From: Opitutaceae bacterium
GTDB taxonomy: Bacteria; Verrucomicrobiota; Verrucomicrobiia; Opitutales; Coraliomargaritaceae
Direction of reading: 5' to 3'
DNA length: 64,000 nucleotides
Assembly: GCA_051252375.1 (NCBI GenBank)
Contig: JBPOFY010000002.1
Span: 480,001 to 544,000 of the forward strand
Made by a program: the position numbers and the translations under genes. Under the pieces are notes generated by a model, which had not been told where the DNA came from, did not search any database, and saw nothing but the letters and a program-made list of their open reading frames with translations. This document shows, in pieces, positions 29,334 through 39,523 of this stretch (position 1 is the first letter of the stretch; each line of letters opens with the position of its first letter).

Positions 29334-32300
29334 TTATTCTTTGGTTGGTGGTGTTTGAGGATTGGTAAAGGCGCTGAATTTCATCTTCAGTTCTTCGAGC
29401 CAGCAGTAGAGAACTGGCACGATGAAAATCGTCAGAATGGCGAGCATCATCCCGCCAAAGGTGGGGATCGCCATCGGAATCATGACGTCCGCACCGCGCC
29501 CAGTGGAACTGAGCACGGGCAAGAGTGCCAGAATCGTGGTGGCACTGGTCATCATGGCAGGACGCACACGACGCACACCCGCTTCGACTGTGGCAGCTCG
29601 AATCGCTTCTCTCGTCTTCGGTTGCTGCCGCTTGAAAGTTTGCTGCAGATAGGTGCAGACGATCACGCCATTATCCGTCGCGATACCGAAGAGCGCAAGA
29701 AACCCTACCCAGACCGCGACACTCAAATTGATCGTGCCCATACCGAAGAGATGCCGCAGGTTATGATCAAATAATTCGAAGTTCAGAAACCACGGCTGTC
29801 CATAGAGCCAGATCATAATAAACCCGCCGGACCAGGCGAAAAGGATGCCAGAAAAAACAAGAATTGTGGTGCTGATACGCTTAAACTGGAAGTAAAGGAT
29901 CAGCCAAATCGCGAACAGTGCAATGGGGAGCACAACCCTCAGCTTCTTCTCTGCCCGGATTTGATTCTCATAGCTCCCGGTAAATTTGTAGCTGACCCCG
30001 GCGGGAATGTTAAATTCCCCCGAGTCAATTTTGCTTTGTAGATAGGCCTGTGCCTGTTCGACTACCTCAACTTCGGCATAACCTTCGCGTTTGTCGAAAA
30101 TCACATAGCCGACGAGGAAGGTGTCCTCACTTTTGATCACCTGTGGACCACGAACATAGTTAAGTCCGGCTAGCTCTCGTAAGGGAATTTGCGTGCCATC
30201 CGGTGCCGCAACCAAGATGCCCTCAATTGACTCGATCGTATCACGCAGCTCCCGCTGATAACGAACCCGCACAGGGTAACGCTCGCGACCTTCGAAAGTC
30301 ATCGTCACCGGCTTACCTCCGATGGCGACTTCGATCACATCCTGCACCATCGCAATCTTGATCCCGTAGCGAGCGATCGCATCTCGGTCGATATCTATCT
30401 CTAAATACGGCTTACCTACGATACGATCCGCGAGCACTGCTTCCGCTTGAATTGAAGGCACTTGTTTCAAATATCCTTCAATATCAAGAGCGACTTTTTC
30501 CAGTGTTTCCAAATCAGGTCCATATACCTTCAGCCCCATCGGAGCACGCATACCACTTTGTAGCATCACAATACGAGCGGCTATCGGTTGAAGCTTCGGC
30601 GCAGAAGTCGTGCCGGGAATCGATGCCGCTTTTATGATCTCATCCCAAATATCATCGGGAGATTTGATCTCGTCGCGCCACTGCCGGAATGGACGACCGT
30701 CTTCATCTAGTATCAGATTTCCAGATACATCATATGCATACGCCTCTTCAGATGAATCATATTCAAATGTGAGAATATGCCCGTCGTCATCGGTGATGTA
30801 TTCAGACTTATAATTGATGATGGTCTCGATCATCGAGATCGGTGCGGGATCGAGTGGACTTTCAACTCGCCCAAGCTTACCCACCGCCAACTCGACCTCG
30901 GGAATCGCGTTGATCGCCATGTCCTGTTTACGCAGCACATCCATCACCTCACCAATCGAAGCATGCGGCATAGTCGTCGGCATAAGGAGATAAGACCCCT
31001 CATCCAGGTCCGGCATAAATTCCTTACCGAGTCCCGGCACTTGGTGCATCGCTAGACTGTAAGGCTTGGTCCCTTTGACAACCTCTGGCAACCATCCAAA
31101 AACGGCGCTCCAGCCCAACCAAACAGTCATCCCGAAAACAACGATCAAGGAACTGCAGCCAAGGAATAGTAGTTTAAAACGAAGCAGCACTGCAAGTAAC
31201 TGACCGTAATATTTAATAAACAACAAGAAGGTCCCCAGCAGTCCACCGACCGCGAGAAAGACAAATACAACATTGGCAATATCACGCTCAGGACCGAGCG
31301 GTTTCCAGTCGCCGGCCAAGACGACCGCTACGGTTAGAGCGACGATCAAGTTAAAGACAACAACCACGTATTTCCGGATGATTGCCGGGATTTTTAGCTG
31401 TGTAAGATTATACACCGCAGATCCGACCATGATCAGCCCCAACCACCACGGAAACCATGTGAGCAGAAAAGGTCCCACAACACCTGCCAATGCGATCGTC
31501 AGCCAAAGGGTAAGTTTACTCCATCGGGAACTGTGTCGTCCCGCGATCAACCAATGCGCGAGCGGAGGAATAATCGTCAATGCGACAACAATTGAACCGA
31601 TGAGCGCGAAGGTCTTCGTATAGGCGAGCGGCTGGAAAAGTTTTCCTTCGGCAGCCTCCATGGTGAAAACGGGCAGGAAGCTGACCACGGTCGTCATAAC
31701 AGCCGTCACCACTGCTCCACCGACTTCCGAACAGGCGCGATAGACCACCTCGAGACGATCTTCACCCGGATCAGCCGTATCGAGATGTTTCAGAATATTC
31801 TCCACCAACACCACACCCATATCGACAATCGTGCCAATCGCGATGGCGATACCAGAGAGTGCCACCACATTGGCATCTACCCCGAAGAGCTTCATTCCAA
31901 TAAAAGCAAACAGCACCGCGAGCGGTAGCACGCCCGAGATGAGCGCCGCACTGCGTAAGTGCATCACCATCAGAACCACCACAATGATCGTCACCAGAAT
32001 TTGCTGACGCACGGCATCTTCCAATGTGCCGAGCGTTTCATAAATCAAACCGGTGCGGTCATAGAATGGAACGATTTCAACCTGGCTGACAGTGCCGTCT
32101 GCCAAAGTCTTTTTGGGCAGGCCTGCAGAGATCGCTTCAATCTGCTGCTTCACCCGCTTGATCACGGCGAGCGGATTCTCGCCGAAGCGTGTGACCACCA
32201 CACCACCGACCGCTTCAGCTCCTGCTTTGTCTAAAGCACCACGGCGTAGTGCAGGACCGAATTCGATCTCGGCGATCTGCTCCAAAGTAATCGGCACATT

Positions 32301-33110
32301 ATCACGCTGCGTGATGACGGTCTTCCGCAAGTCGTCGAGGGTTTCAATAAACCCTAGTCCACGGATGACATACTCGACTGCGTTGATTTCAATCGTGCGC
32401 GCACCGACGTCGATATTACTCCCACGCACAGCAGCAAAGACTTCGTGTAGTGCGATGCCATAGGTGCGTAGTGCATCTGGATCGACATCCACTTGATACT
32501 CTTTGACATAGCCGCCAATCGAGGCGACTTCAGCCACACCATCGACTCCTTGCAGCGCGTAGCGCACATACCAATCCTGCGTGCTGCGCAGCTCATCCAG
32601 ATCCCAACCGCCACTCGGCTTGCCGTCCTCGGTCATACCTTCCAGCGTATACCAGAAGACCTGTCCCAAAGCCGTGGCATCCGGTCCCAACTGTGGCGAT
32701 ACCCCTTGTGGCAAAGTGCCTGAAGGTAAGCTATTGAGCTTTTCCAGAATGCGACTGCGCGACCAGTAGAACTCAGCATCCTCTTTGAATATAATATAGA
32801 TCGAAGAGAAGCCGAACATCGAATAGCTTCGGATGGTCTTCACCTCAGGCAAGCCCAGCAAAGCAGTGGTCATCGGATAGGTGATCTGATCTTCGATGTC
32901 CTGCGGCGAGCGACCCATCCATTCGGTGAAAACGATTTGCTGGTTTTCACCGATGTCCGGAATCGCATCCACTGGCACCGGATCGCGTGGAAGCCAATCC
33001 ACTTTCCAATCAAATGGAGCGACCATGACGCCCCAAAGAATGAGGGCCGCAGTAAAGAGGATGACAACGAGCTTATTCTCGAGACAAAAGCGTATGAGTT
33101 TATTAATCAT
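29334..33110 (-). CDS. cusA: CusA/CzcA family heavy-metal RND efflux permease
   Basis: DAIPDIGENQ, GPDATALG, IAIGTIVD, EGKLFQPLAYTK, RVRPAMMT motifs; 1258 aa. Confidence 0.95.
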   Translation of the reverse strand: MINKLIRFCLENKLVVILFTAALILWGVMVAPFDWKVDWLPRDPVPVDAIPDIGENQQIVFTEWMGRSPQDIEDQITYPMTTALLGLPEVKTIRSYSMFGFSSIYIIFKEDAEFYWSRSRILEKLNSLPSGTLPQGVSPQLGPDATALGQVFWYTLEGMTEDGKPSGGWDLDELRSTQDWYVRYALQGVDGVAEVASIGGYVKEYQVDVDPDALRTYGIALHEVFAAVRGSNIDVGARTIEINAVEYVIRGLGFIETLDDLRKTVITQRDNVPITLEQIAEIEFGPALRRGALDKAGAEAVGGVVVTRFGENPLAVIKRVKQQIEAISAGLPKKTLADGTVSQVEIVPFYDRTGLIYETLGTLEDAVRQQILVTIIVVVLMVMHLRSAALISGVLPLAVLFAFIGMKLFGVDANVVALSGIAIAIGTIVDMGVVLVENILKHLDTADPGEDRLEVVYRACSEVGGAVVTAVMTTVVSFLPVFTMEAAEGKLFQPLAYTKTFALIGSIVVALTIIPPLAHWLIAGRHSSRWSKLTLWLTIALAGVVGPFLLTWFPWWLGLIMVGSAVYNLTQLKIPAIIRKYVVVVFNLIVALTVAVVLAGDWKPLGPERDIANVVFVFLAVGGLLGTFLLFIKYYGQLLAVLLRFKLLFLGCSSLIVVFGMTVWLGWSAVFGWLPEVVKGTKPYSLAMHQVPGLGKEFMPDLDEGSYLLMPTTMPHASIGEVMDVLRKQDMAINAIPEVELAVGKLGRVESPLDPAPISMIETIINYKSEYITDDDGHILTFEYDSSEEAYAYDVSGNLILDEDGRPFRQWRDEIKSPDDIWDEIIKAASIPGTTSAPKLQPIAARIVMLQSGMRAPMGLKVYGPDLETLEKVALDIEGYLKQVPSIQAEAVLADRIVGKPYLEIDIDRDAIARYGIKIAMVQDVIEVAIGGKPVTMTFEGRERYPVRVRYQRELRDTIESIEGILVAAPDGTQIPLRELAGLNYVRGPQVIKSEDTFLVGYVIFDKREGYAEVEVVEQAQAYLQSKIDSGEFNIPAGVSYKFTGSYENQIRAEKKLRVVLPIALFAIWLILYFQFKRISTTILVFSGILFAWSGGFIMIWLYGQPWFLNFELFDHNLRHLFGMGTINLSVAVWVGFLALFGIATDNGVIVCTYLQQTFKRQQPKTREAIRAATVEAGVRRVRPAMMTSATTILALLPVLSSTGRGADVMIPMAIPTFGGMMLAILTIFIVPVLYCWLEELKMKFSAFTNPQTPPTKE

Positions 33111-33187
33111 AATATTTTAACGACAGAATATTCAAAATGAGTTTCTTAAATTGGAACTTTGGTGCGCCGATATTCAGATTTTTGTGG

Positions 33188-34912
33188 TTAATTAATTTTC
33201 TCTTTCACTTCGCCGCAATGTAGCATCATCGCGCCGAAGTATGGGTTCACTAGCTCAGCATCTTCCTGTAGCCAGTCGGCTCCACGGTCTGAATAAACCA
33301 TCGGGCAATTCATGAGATACGCCTCGCCTTCCACCAACGACGCATCAGCTTTCACCGCGGCAATCACCAGCTTGGAGAGCGTCTCAAAATGTGGGCGACG
33401 AATCCCATCGAGGTCGGCCGCATTCAACATGGTGTGAATCAACTCCGGCACATCTCCGCTATGACCTGTCACGCCCATCATAGCTTTCAGCGCAGCTTGG
33501 CTACCGACCAAATCATCGGCGGCGAGCGTTTTTTGTAGCTCAAAATAATGCGGCAAAAACTCCGCGGTAATTTGCTTCGAGATTTCTAACTTCTGCATAC
33601 CCGCATGCTTCGAATGGTCGGGCTGTGCGACAGTTGGTGCTGTATCACCATGATTATGCCCAGGAGTTTGGCCGCCACCTTCGGGGTTCATCATACTAGG
33701 CTTCGCCTGAATCTGCAGAGCACTATCGATCTTAAAAGCACCGTTCATCACGACGCGCTCTCCTGCCATCAATCCATCGACAACTACAAAGCTGTCCCCC
33801 GCCCTTGGACCGAGAACAATTTCGCGGCCTTCATATGTCGGCCGTTCGGTGTCTGGCTTTTCAACATAAACAACTGCGCGTTTACCGGTGCGCAGGACAG
33901 CAGTAGCTGGCACCAATAACGACGGATCGGCGTCTGCCGTCACGGATGCGGTCACCGCACCACGGGCAAACATACCCGGTTTGAGTCGATGATCCTTATT
34001 CGGCACATTGGCACGCACGCCTACCGTGCGGGTCTTGGCGTTGACCTCTGGTTCAATGAAAGCGATTTCACCGGTGAAGGTTTCTCCAGAAAAAGCTTCG
34101 GTTGTAAAAGCTATCGATTGTCCAACTCGTAACCACGCAAGGTCTGATTCGTAAGCTTCGAGCTCCAACCACAATTGGCTGAGGTCCACGATTTTAAACA
34201 GTGACTCGCCCGTTTTCACATAGTCGCCTTCCTTCACATTCTTCGAAACGACTATGCCGCCGACTGGAGCCGCAAGTTGAAAGCGATCCTTGGCTTCACC
34301 CGCGACAAGAACCGCGTCGATCTGCGCTGGCAGGAGATCCCAAAGGCGCAGTTTTTCGCGAGCAACTGCAGTCAAGCGACCGTTCGGATCACGTTGATAT
34401 GCGGTGATCAACTCACGTTGCGCGGTGAGCAGCTCGGCGCTGTAGACATTTGCGAGTGGCTGCCCTTGTTCGACACGCTCTCCGGTAACGTTGACATAGA
34501 GTTCTTCAATACGTGCGGGAAACCGTGCCGTTAACGATTTTTCAAGAGTCTCGTCATAGACCAAGCGTCCCACGAGACGCACGTCAGTTTGAGCAAGCGC
34601 GCGCCCTATTTCAACTGTTTGAATATCTGCAAGTGCCCGCGAACTTTCACTCATCGACAATTCACGTGGTCCAAGATCAGCAGTTGCGTCGGTTATTTCC
34701 GGAATCAGATCCATGCCACAGATCGGGCAATCACCGGGGTTGGGTTGACGAATCTGAGGATGCATCGAACAAGTCCAGATAGCTGCTGCGGCCTCTTCGG
34801 TATGCGCGGCTTCAGTATGCGAATCCACTGCATTTGATGGGATGAGAAAGCGACCTGCGATGAGGCCAAGGAGGAGCAATGAGGCTCCAATTAAAACATG
34901 TTTTGTTTTCAT
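33188..34912 (-). CDS. cusB: CusB-like RND periplasmic adaptor with N-terminal HMBD and C-terminal DUF3347
   Basis: WTCSMHPQI..CPICGMDL, LKPGMF, GAFKIDS, C-terminal CPM..W..NPYFG..M.HCG. Confidence 0.92.
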   Translation of the reverse strand: MKTKHVLIGASLLLLGLIAGRFLIPSNAVDSHTEAAHTEEAAAAIWTCSMHPQIRQPNPGDCPICGMDLIPEITDATADLGPRELSMSESSRALADIQTVEIGRALAQTDVRLVGRLVYDETLEKSLTARFPARIEELYVNVTGERVEQGQPLANVYSAELLTAQRELITAYQRDPNGRLTAVAREKLRLWDLLPAQIDAVLVAGEAKDRFQLAAPVGGIVVSKNVKEGDYVKTGESLFKIVDLSQLWLELEAYESDLAWLRVGQSIAFTTEAFSGETFTGEIAFIEPEVNAKTRTVGVRANVPNKDHRLKPGMFARGAVTASVTADADPSLLVPATAVLRTGKRAVVYVEKPDTERPTYEGREIVLGPRAGDSFVVVDGLMAGERVVMNGAFKIDSALQIQAKPSMMNPEGGGQTPGHNHGDTAPTVAQPDHSKHAGMQKLEISKQITAEFLPHYFELQKTLAADDLVGSQAALKAMMGVTGHSGDVPELIHTMLNAADLDGIRRPHFETLSKLVIAAVKADASLVEGEAYLMNCPMVYSDRGADWLQEDAELVNPYFGAMMLHCGEVKEKIN

Positions 34913-34931
34913 TATCGTATGTGTGTTTATT

Positions 34932-36197
34932 TTAAAATTGTCCGATCAACGTGCTGATGGCCGCGTCGGCTTGGTGCACATGTGTCAGCGCGCGCCAGTA
35001 GTTGAGATTTAGGTCGAGTAATGCGCGCTCACTGTCGATGAGTTCGAGCGCACTGATTTGATTCGCGGCATAGGCGGATCGTGAGTTGTCCAATGCCTGC
35101 TCTGCCAGTGGAATGAGCGTGGCTTCGTATCGATGCATACGTTGGAAGGCGTCGTTGCGGCGCGCGAGTGAAGCACTGAGATCAGATTTAAGATCCAACA
35201 ATCGGCTACGATAGTGCGCTTCGATCGAGCGCTTGTCGGCTTGTGCGGCACGTATCTCGGCGCTGTTTTTGCCCTCCCAAATCGGGATATTCACTGCGAC
35301 GGTAACATTCCATGGATCACGCCCGGCATCCTTCGTCGCCATAATCGGATCACCGACTTGAATATAGTTTATACCGAATGTGAAATCAGGCAGTCGATCC
35401 AAACGACTGAGTCGAACCGCAGCAGTCGCACTCTCAGTTGCTTCGCGCATGGCGAGCAGTTCTGGATTGTTCGCTTCTAGAAGCGGCATCAGCTGAGCGA
35501 TATTCGTCGCCGCCTTTGATTCTTCAAGGAAACCTTCGAGCTCGCCAAGCGAATCGATTTCCACCGCTAAAAGCGCAGCCAGTTCCGCACGGCGCACCAT
35601 CCGCATCTGCTCCAACTGTTGTATTTGATCCAATGCACGCTCGGTTTCGACCTCCAGACGCAACATCGCATTGAGCGAACCGCCCGCACGAGTTTGCTCT
35701 TCGACGATGGCACGCATGTCTTCAATTAACTCCAAGCTCTCCAGGGTCGAAGTCAGTGCCTGGTCGAGATACACCACCTCGGCATACGAAGTGGCGACGG
35801 CTCGACGTATGCGGAAGAGCCCTGCGGTATACAGGTGCCCCACTTGGTCGGAACGACTTTCTGCCATCGACGCTTTGGTGCTTAACTTCGTCAACCAAGG
35901 GATGGTTTGCTTGATCGAGTAAATCGCCTCCTGTGGTCCGGTGCGTGTTTCAACCGACTCACCGAAGTAAGTAAATTGAGCCGATGGGTCAGGCAACGAC
36001 GACGCGATTTTCACGCGTTCAGCGGCTGACAGATGGTCTTCCCGCAGCGCTTGCAGTGTCGGATTGACGGTTTCCGCACGTGCCAGTGCGTCGCTCAAAG
36101 AGCGCGGAGTTATGTCAGCGGACAAGTGTATTGCCCCAAGAATGAGACAGGTAGCCCCAACAAAATGGGCCTTAAAGGTATTGAGATATGTTTGCAT
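34932..36197 (-). CDS. TolC-family outer-membrane efflux protein (CusC/CzcC-like)
   Basis: Signal peptide; NPTL, LPDP, NNPEL, RLPDF, LIPLAEQA motifs; first gene of the RND triad. Confidence 0.9.
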   Translation of the reverse strand: MQTYLNTFKAHFVGATCLILGAIHLSADITPRSLSDALARAETVNPTLQALREDHLSAAERVKIASSLPDPSAQFTYFGESVETRTGPQEAIYSIKQTIPWLTKLSTKASMAESRSDQVGHLYTAGLFRIRRAVATSYAEVVYLDQALTSTLESLELIEDMRAIVEEQTRAGGSLNAMLRLEVETERALDQIQQLEQMRMVRRAELAALLAVEIDSLGELEGFLEESKAATNIAQLMPLLEANNPELLAMREATESATAAVRLSRLDRLPDFTFGINYIQVGDPIMATKDAGRDPWNVTVAVNIPIWEGKNSAEIRAAQADKRSIEAHYRSRLLDLKSDLSASLARRNDAFQRMHRYEATLIPLAEQALDNSRSAYAANQISALELIDSERALLDLNLNYWRALTHVHQADAAISTLIGQF

Positions 36198-36210
36198 GGA
36201 TCATGATTTA

Positions 36211-36299
36211 AAATCGGTATTCACGAGAACGATCCACCATCGCAATGGCAGGATTCGCTTCAAAGATTGCACGCGCAGCGTGCAACGACGTGACCGATC
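36211..36299 (-). promoter_or_regulatory. Candidate structured cis-regulatory RNA (three-way junction) between the Cys-rich ORF and the TolC gene
   Basis: Minus-strand helices: gatcggt-cacg/cgtg-accgatt, gttgcacgc(tgc)gcgtgcaat, gcgaatcc-gccat(tgcg)atggt-ggatcgt. Confidence 0.5.
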
Positions 36300-36301
36300 A
36301 A

Positions 36302-36712
36302 TCAGATCCGATAGACACAATACACCTGTGAAATCGATTCAGGGCTACCCACATGGCGAGCCGTGACATCCGAAATGACAGGGTGATCAGCAGAGATCGA
36401 AAGCTCTGCCTCAAAATCGTAATGAGTTAATACTGCTATCAGCAAAGGAGAATACTCTGCATGAATCGCTGGTGTATGGATATCATTCTGCGCGGCTAAC
36501 TCATGCTCGCGACTTACTTGGTGGGGGCATTCCCCCGGTTCATGCTGCGAATCGCGACTCGATGAATCCGTCGAAGTTCCTTCGCTCGAACTGCAGCAAC
36601 TGTGCGTAGGTCCAGTCTCAACACTAGTTCCAGCAAACAGACCCGCAGTGCAACAGCAGAACGGATTCATAACGGCCAGAATGACCATCAACTGGATTAC
36701 CTTAACGAACAT
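36302..36712 (-). CDS. Cys/His-rich hypothetical protein heading the copper operon (reminiscent of DUF2946/HYC_CC_PP leader proteins)
   Basis: Hydrophobic N-terminus, FCCC, HSCC, ECPH, C-terminal QVYCVYRI. Confidence 0.7.
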   Translation of the reverse strand: MFVKVIQLMVILAVMNPFCCCTAGLFAGTSVETGPTHSCCSSSEGTSTDSSSRDSQHEPGECPHQVSREHELAAQNDIHTPAIHAEYSPLLIAVLTHYDFEAELSISADHPVISDVTARHVGSPESISQVYCVYRI

Positions 36713-36784
36713 AATGAATAACTAGCACTTGTATGAGAAAGTAGCAACATGAGTTTTATTCCCAAAAACCTCAAAGTTCACGAG

Positions 36785-37714
36785 TTACATCGTCAGCTGA
36801 CGTGCCACCTTCAGTGCAGCGGCAAAACTACCACAATCTGCAAGACCTTTCCCCGCGATATCGTATGCTGTGCCGTGATCGGGGCTAGTCCGCACATAGG
36901 GCAGCCCCAAGGTCACATTGACCGCGGCATCAAACTCCAAAGTCTTCACCGCAGCAAGGCCTTGATCGTGGTAAGCCGACACCACGACATCAAACTCGCC
37001 CTTCCGTTGACGAAAGAAGACCGTATCACCCGGCAAACATTTCGACAGACCGGGAATGTTTTCACGTAGGCGATCCAATGCGGGATCGAGCACATCGCGC
37101 TCTTCGACTCCCAAAATACCGCCCTCGCCTGCGTGGGGGTTCAGACCACAGACGCCAATCCTTGGCGCCGTCACTCCGAAGGATTTTGCAAGCGCATCAG
37201 CGCGCTCAACAGCCAACGACAACGCTTCTGCAGTCAAGGCATCCGCCACATCACGAAGTGGTATATGCCAAGTCGCCAAAACAACTTTCAACTCATTACC
37301 CACAAAGCCCATGGTCGGCTCGCCGCCCCAGGCTTCGGCAAAAAACTCGGTCTGCCCCGGATGCTTGAAGCCCACCTGTTGTAACCAGTGTTTACTCACT
37401 GGGCCGGAAACCACTCCACGAAAACGCCCAGCAACGCAGCCTTGTGCCGCAACTTTCAACGCATCGAGCGCCACCTGCGCACCATCCAACGAAGGCACAC
37501 CGAAGTTCGGAGAAAAATCTTCTGCGCCCACCGCCTCATAAGCCAACCCAAGCTCAGCAGACAATGGCTCAGCCCACTCCCGAGCACCAATCAACACACA
37601 ATCTTTCGCCAGGGAAGGTTCCGCCCGTAAGGCACCCGCAATCACTTCCGGGCCCACTCCTGCGGGATCACCACAGGTAATCGCAAGGGGCAATGTCTGG
37701 TCAGCTGTAGTCAT
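36785..37714 (-). CDS. pdxA: 4-hydroxythreonine-4-phosphate dehydrogenase
   Basis: GDPAGVGPE, GLNPHAGE, YHDQGL, RTSPDHGTA motifs; start MTTADQ. Confidence 0.95.
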   Translation of the reverse strand: MTTADQTLPLAITCGDPAGVGPEVIAGALRAEPSLAKDCVLIGAREWAEPLSAELGLAYEAVGAEDFSPNFGVPSLDGAQVALDALKVAAQGCVAGRFRGVVSGPVSKHWLQQVGFKHPGQTEFFAEAWGGEPTMGFVGNELKVVLATWHIPLRDVADALTAEALSLAVERADALAKSFGVTAPRIGVCGLNPHAGEGGILGVEERDVLDPALDRLRENIPGLSKCLPGDTVFFRQRKGEFDVVVSAYHDQGLAAVKTLEFDAAVNVTLGLPYVRTSPDHGTAYDIAGKGLADCGSFAAALKVARQLTM

Positions 37715-37727
37715 GAATCGCTCCGAA

Positions 37728-38525
37728 TTAATCGCCCGACTCCATACTCGATTGCACGAAGCCGCGCTTGCCGGCTTCAAAGAAACTCAAGAATCGCGCA
37801 CCGGTCGACGTCGTGCCGAACTCATGTTCGCGCGCCGCTTCGGCGGCCTTCTTCTTTAAATTACCGCCACCAAAATAAACCGCACGATAGCAACGCTTCA
37901 AATCGGTGATATCGCGTTGATCAAAACCACCACGTCGTAGGCCCACCATGTTGAGACCATGCGCTTGGTTGCGTTCAGCTGTCATCACATAAGGCGGCAC
38001 ATCTGCCGCGACTGATGCATTGCCGGCTACCATTGCATACGCACCGATGCGGCAATTCTGATGGATGCCCGCACCACCGCCGACAAAGACTTTTTCACCA
38101 ATGGTCACATGGCCCGCGATCATCACATTATTCGCCAAGATCACCGACGCCGCTAATTTGCAGTCATGAGCGACATGTGACTGCGACATTAAAAACCCAC
38201 TCTCACCGATCACCGTATTTTCTCCCGCAGTCGTGGACCGGTGGATGGTGCAGCCTTCACGTATGATCGTGTCGTTGCCGACCACAACACCGCTCTCAAT
38301 AGAGTGATCAAAACCGATCGACTGGGGCGCCCCACCGATCACCGAAAAGGAATCCACCGAAACGTTGTCACCCAACACAGTGCCTTTCCGTATGACAGCG
38401 TGCCCAGCAATTGTGCAGCCTTTACCAACAATCACACCGTCTTCAACCAAAGCATAAGGCCCAATCGAGGAGCCTTCTCCAATAGAAGCAGTTTCAGAAA
38501 CAATAGCAGTAGAATGAATCGACAT
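37728..38525 (-). CDS. lpxA: Acyl-ACP--UDP-N-acetylglucosamine O-acyltransferase
   Basis: IHSTAIV, hexapeptide repeats, IREGCTIHR, HVAHDC, AGHV, DVPPY, GLNMVGLRR. Confidence 0.93.
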   Translation of the reverse strand: MSIHSTAIVSETASIGEGSSIGPYALVEDGVIVGKGCTIAGHAVIRKGTVLGDNVSVDSFSVIGGAPQSIGFDHSIESGVVVGNDTIIREGCTIHRSTTAGENTVIGESGFLMSQSHVAHDCKLAASVILANNVMIAGHVTIGEKVFVGGGAGIHQNCRIGAYAMVAGNASVAADVPPYVMTAERNQAHGLNMVGLRRGGFDQRDITDLKRCYRAVYFGGGNLKKKAAEAAREHEFGTTSTGARFLSFFEAGKRGFVQSSMESGD

Positions 38526-38620
38526 AAGGCAACAAAGACGCATTTCCTGCCCCGCATCAATCACGATTAAGAAATTCGTGCAGGGTCTGCCAAACGTAGG
38601 GACGTCAGTCTGTCGTCAAC

Positions 38621-38702
38621 TGGAGGGTTGCGCTCCGTCGCAACCGCCGATTGTTCGATATTTTTAAACGATTTTGCGGCAATGACGGAGCATTGCCCTC
38701 CA
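38621..38702. repeat. GGAG REP doublet, family B
   Basis: tggagggttgcgctccgtcgcaaccg...cggcaatgacggagcattgccctcca. Confidence 0.85.
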
Positions 38703-38735
38703 ATATAGACAGCTTACCGTATTATCGAACCCCCT

Positions 38736-39353
38736 CTACGAAAACAACGTCATCTGCGGCTCGCGGATCATATCATTGATCTTCAAGACTCGAAGCATTT
38801 GGAGCACGTCTGATTTCTGATAGCTGTGGTTCACCTCCACATGGCGGAGTAGATTTTCCAAAATTGTGCTAAACACGATCACTCCATCCACGCCTGCGGA
38901 CTTCAGCAACTCCGTGCATTCTTCGCGATGGGCTTCACTCGTCGGAAAGCCCGGCAAAATCAAAATCTTCAAGAAATCGGCATAGTCTTGGCCTTCTGCC
39001 TCCGCCTCTTCGTCTGCTTCCACCTGAAAATGCAGGTCCATTTTCGCAACCACCTCTTTCTTAATGAAATCAAGTAGCTTTGGACTGCTCTTTAAAATTG
39101 CCGGCGTAAACCGAGAATAGTGCCAGCCCTTGATCGCGACCAAAGCCCCGCGCATTTGCGACATATCCGAAGAAAACAATTGAAAGCCAGCAGGCGCACT
39201 TCCCTCCGCCGTCTGCGGATGATACACCACCAATTCATTGGCTTCCTCTGCAGACTTCTTTCGCGTGGGCAAAGCATGCTTATGCAGCTGACGGACAAAA
39301 AATCCATTCAGCTCGAAATACTCGCGCACAATATTCTCATCAAAACCCGCCAT
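38736..39353 (-). CDS. Hypothetical protein, possibly restriction-endonuclease-like fold, with C-terminal QMTLF
   Basis: DENIVREYFELNGFFVR..IKGWH; 205 aa. Confidence 0.75.
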   Translation of the reverse strand: MAGFDENIVREYFELNGFFVRQLHKHALPTRKKSAEEANELVVYHPQTAEGSAPAGFQLFSSDMSQMRGALVAIKGWHYSRFTPAILKSSPKLLDFIKKEVVAKMDLHFQVEADEEAEAEGQDYADFLKILILPGFPTSEAHREECTELLKSAGVDGVIVFSTILENLLRHVEVNHSYQKSDVLQMLRVLKINDMIREPQMTLFS

Positions 39354-39426
39354 AATCACGACTGTCTAGGGCAAAGCGGCGCCTAGGTCAATGCCGCGAA
39401 ATGCCGGCTAACGCATCCCTAAAAAA

Positions 39427-39490
39427 TGTAGCCACGGCAGTCTCTGCCTTGCCCCTCCAACGAATCACGGCAGAGACTGCCGTGGCTACA
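39427..39490. repeat. GTAG REP doublet, family E
   Basis: tgtagccacggcagtctctgcc...ggcagagactgccgtggctaca, a 22-bp perfect inverted repeat. Confidence 0.85.
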
Positions 39491-39523
39491 GCGCAAATCC
39501 AAAGCGCATTAAAAAGCTTACGT

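Noticed and set aside
25732..36712. Copper cluster as a mobile genomic island
   Set aside because: No integrase, transposase, tRNA or flanking direct repeats seen; a composition shift could not be measured by eye.
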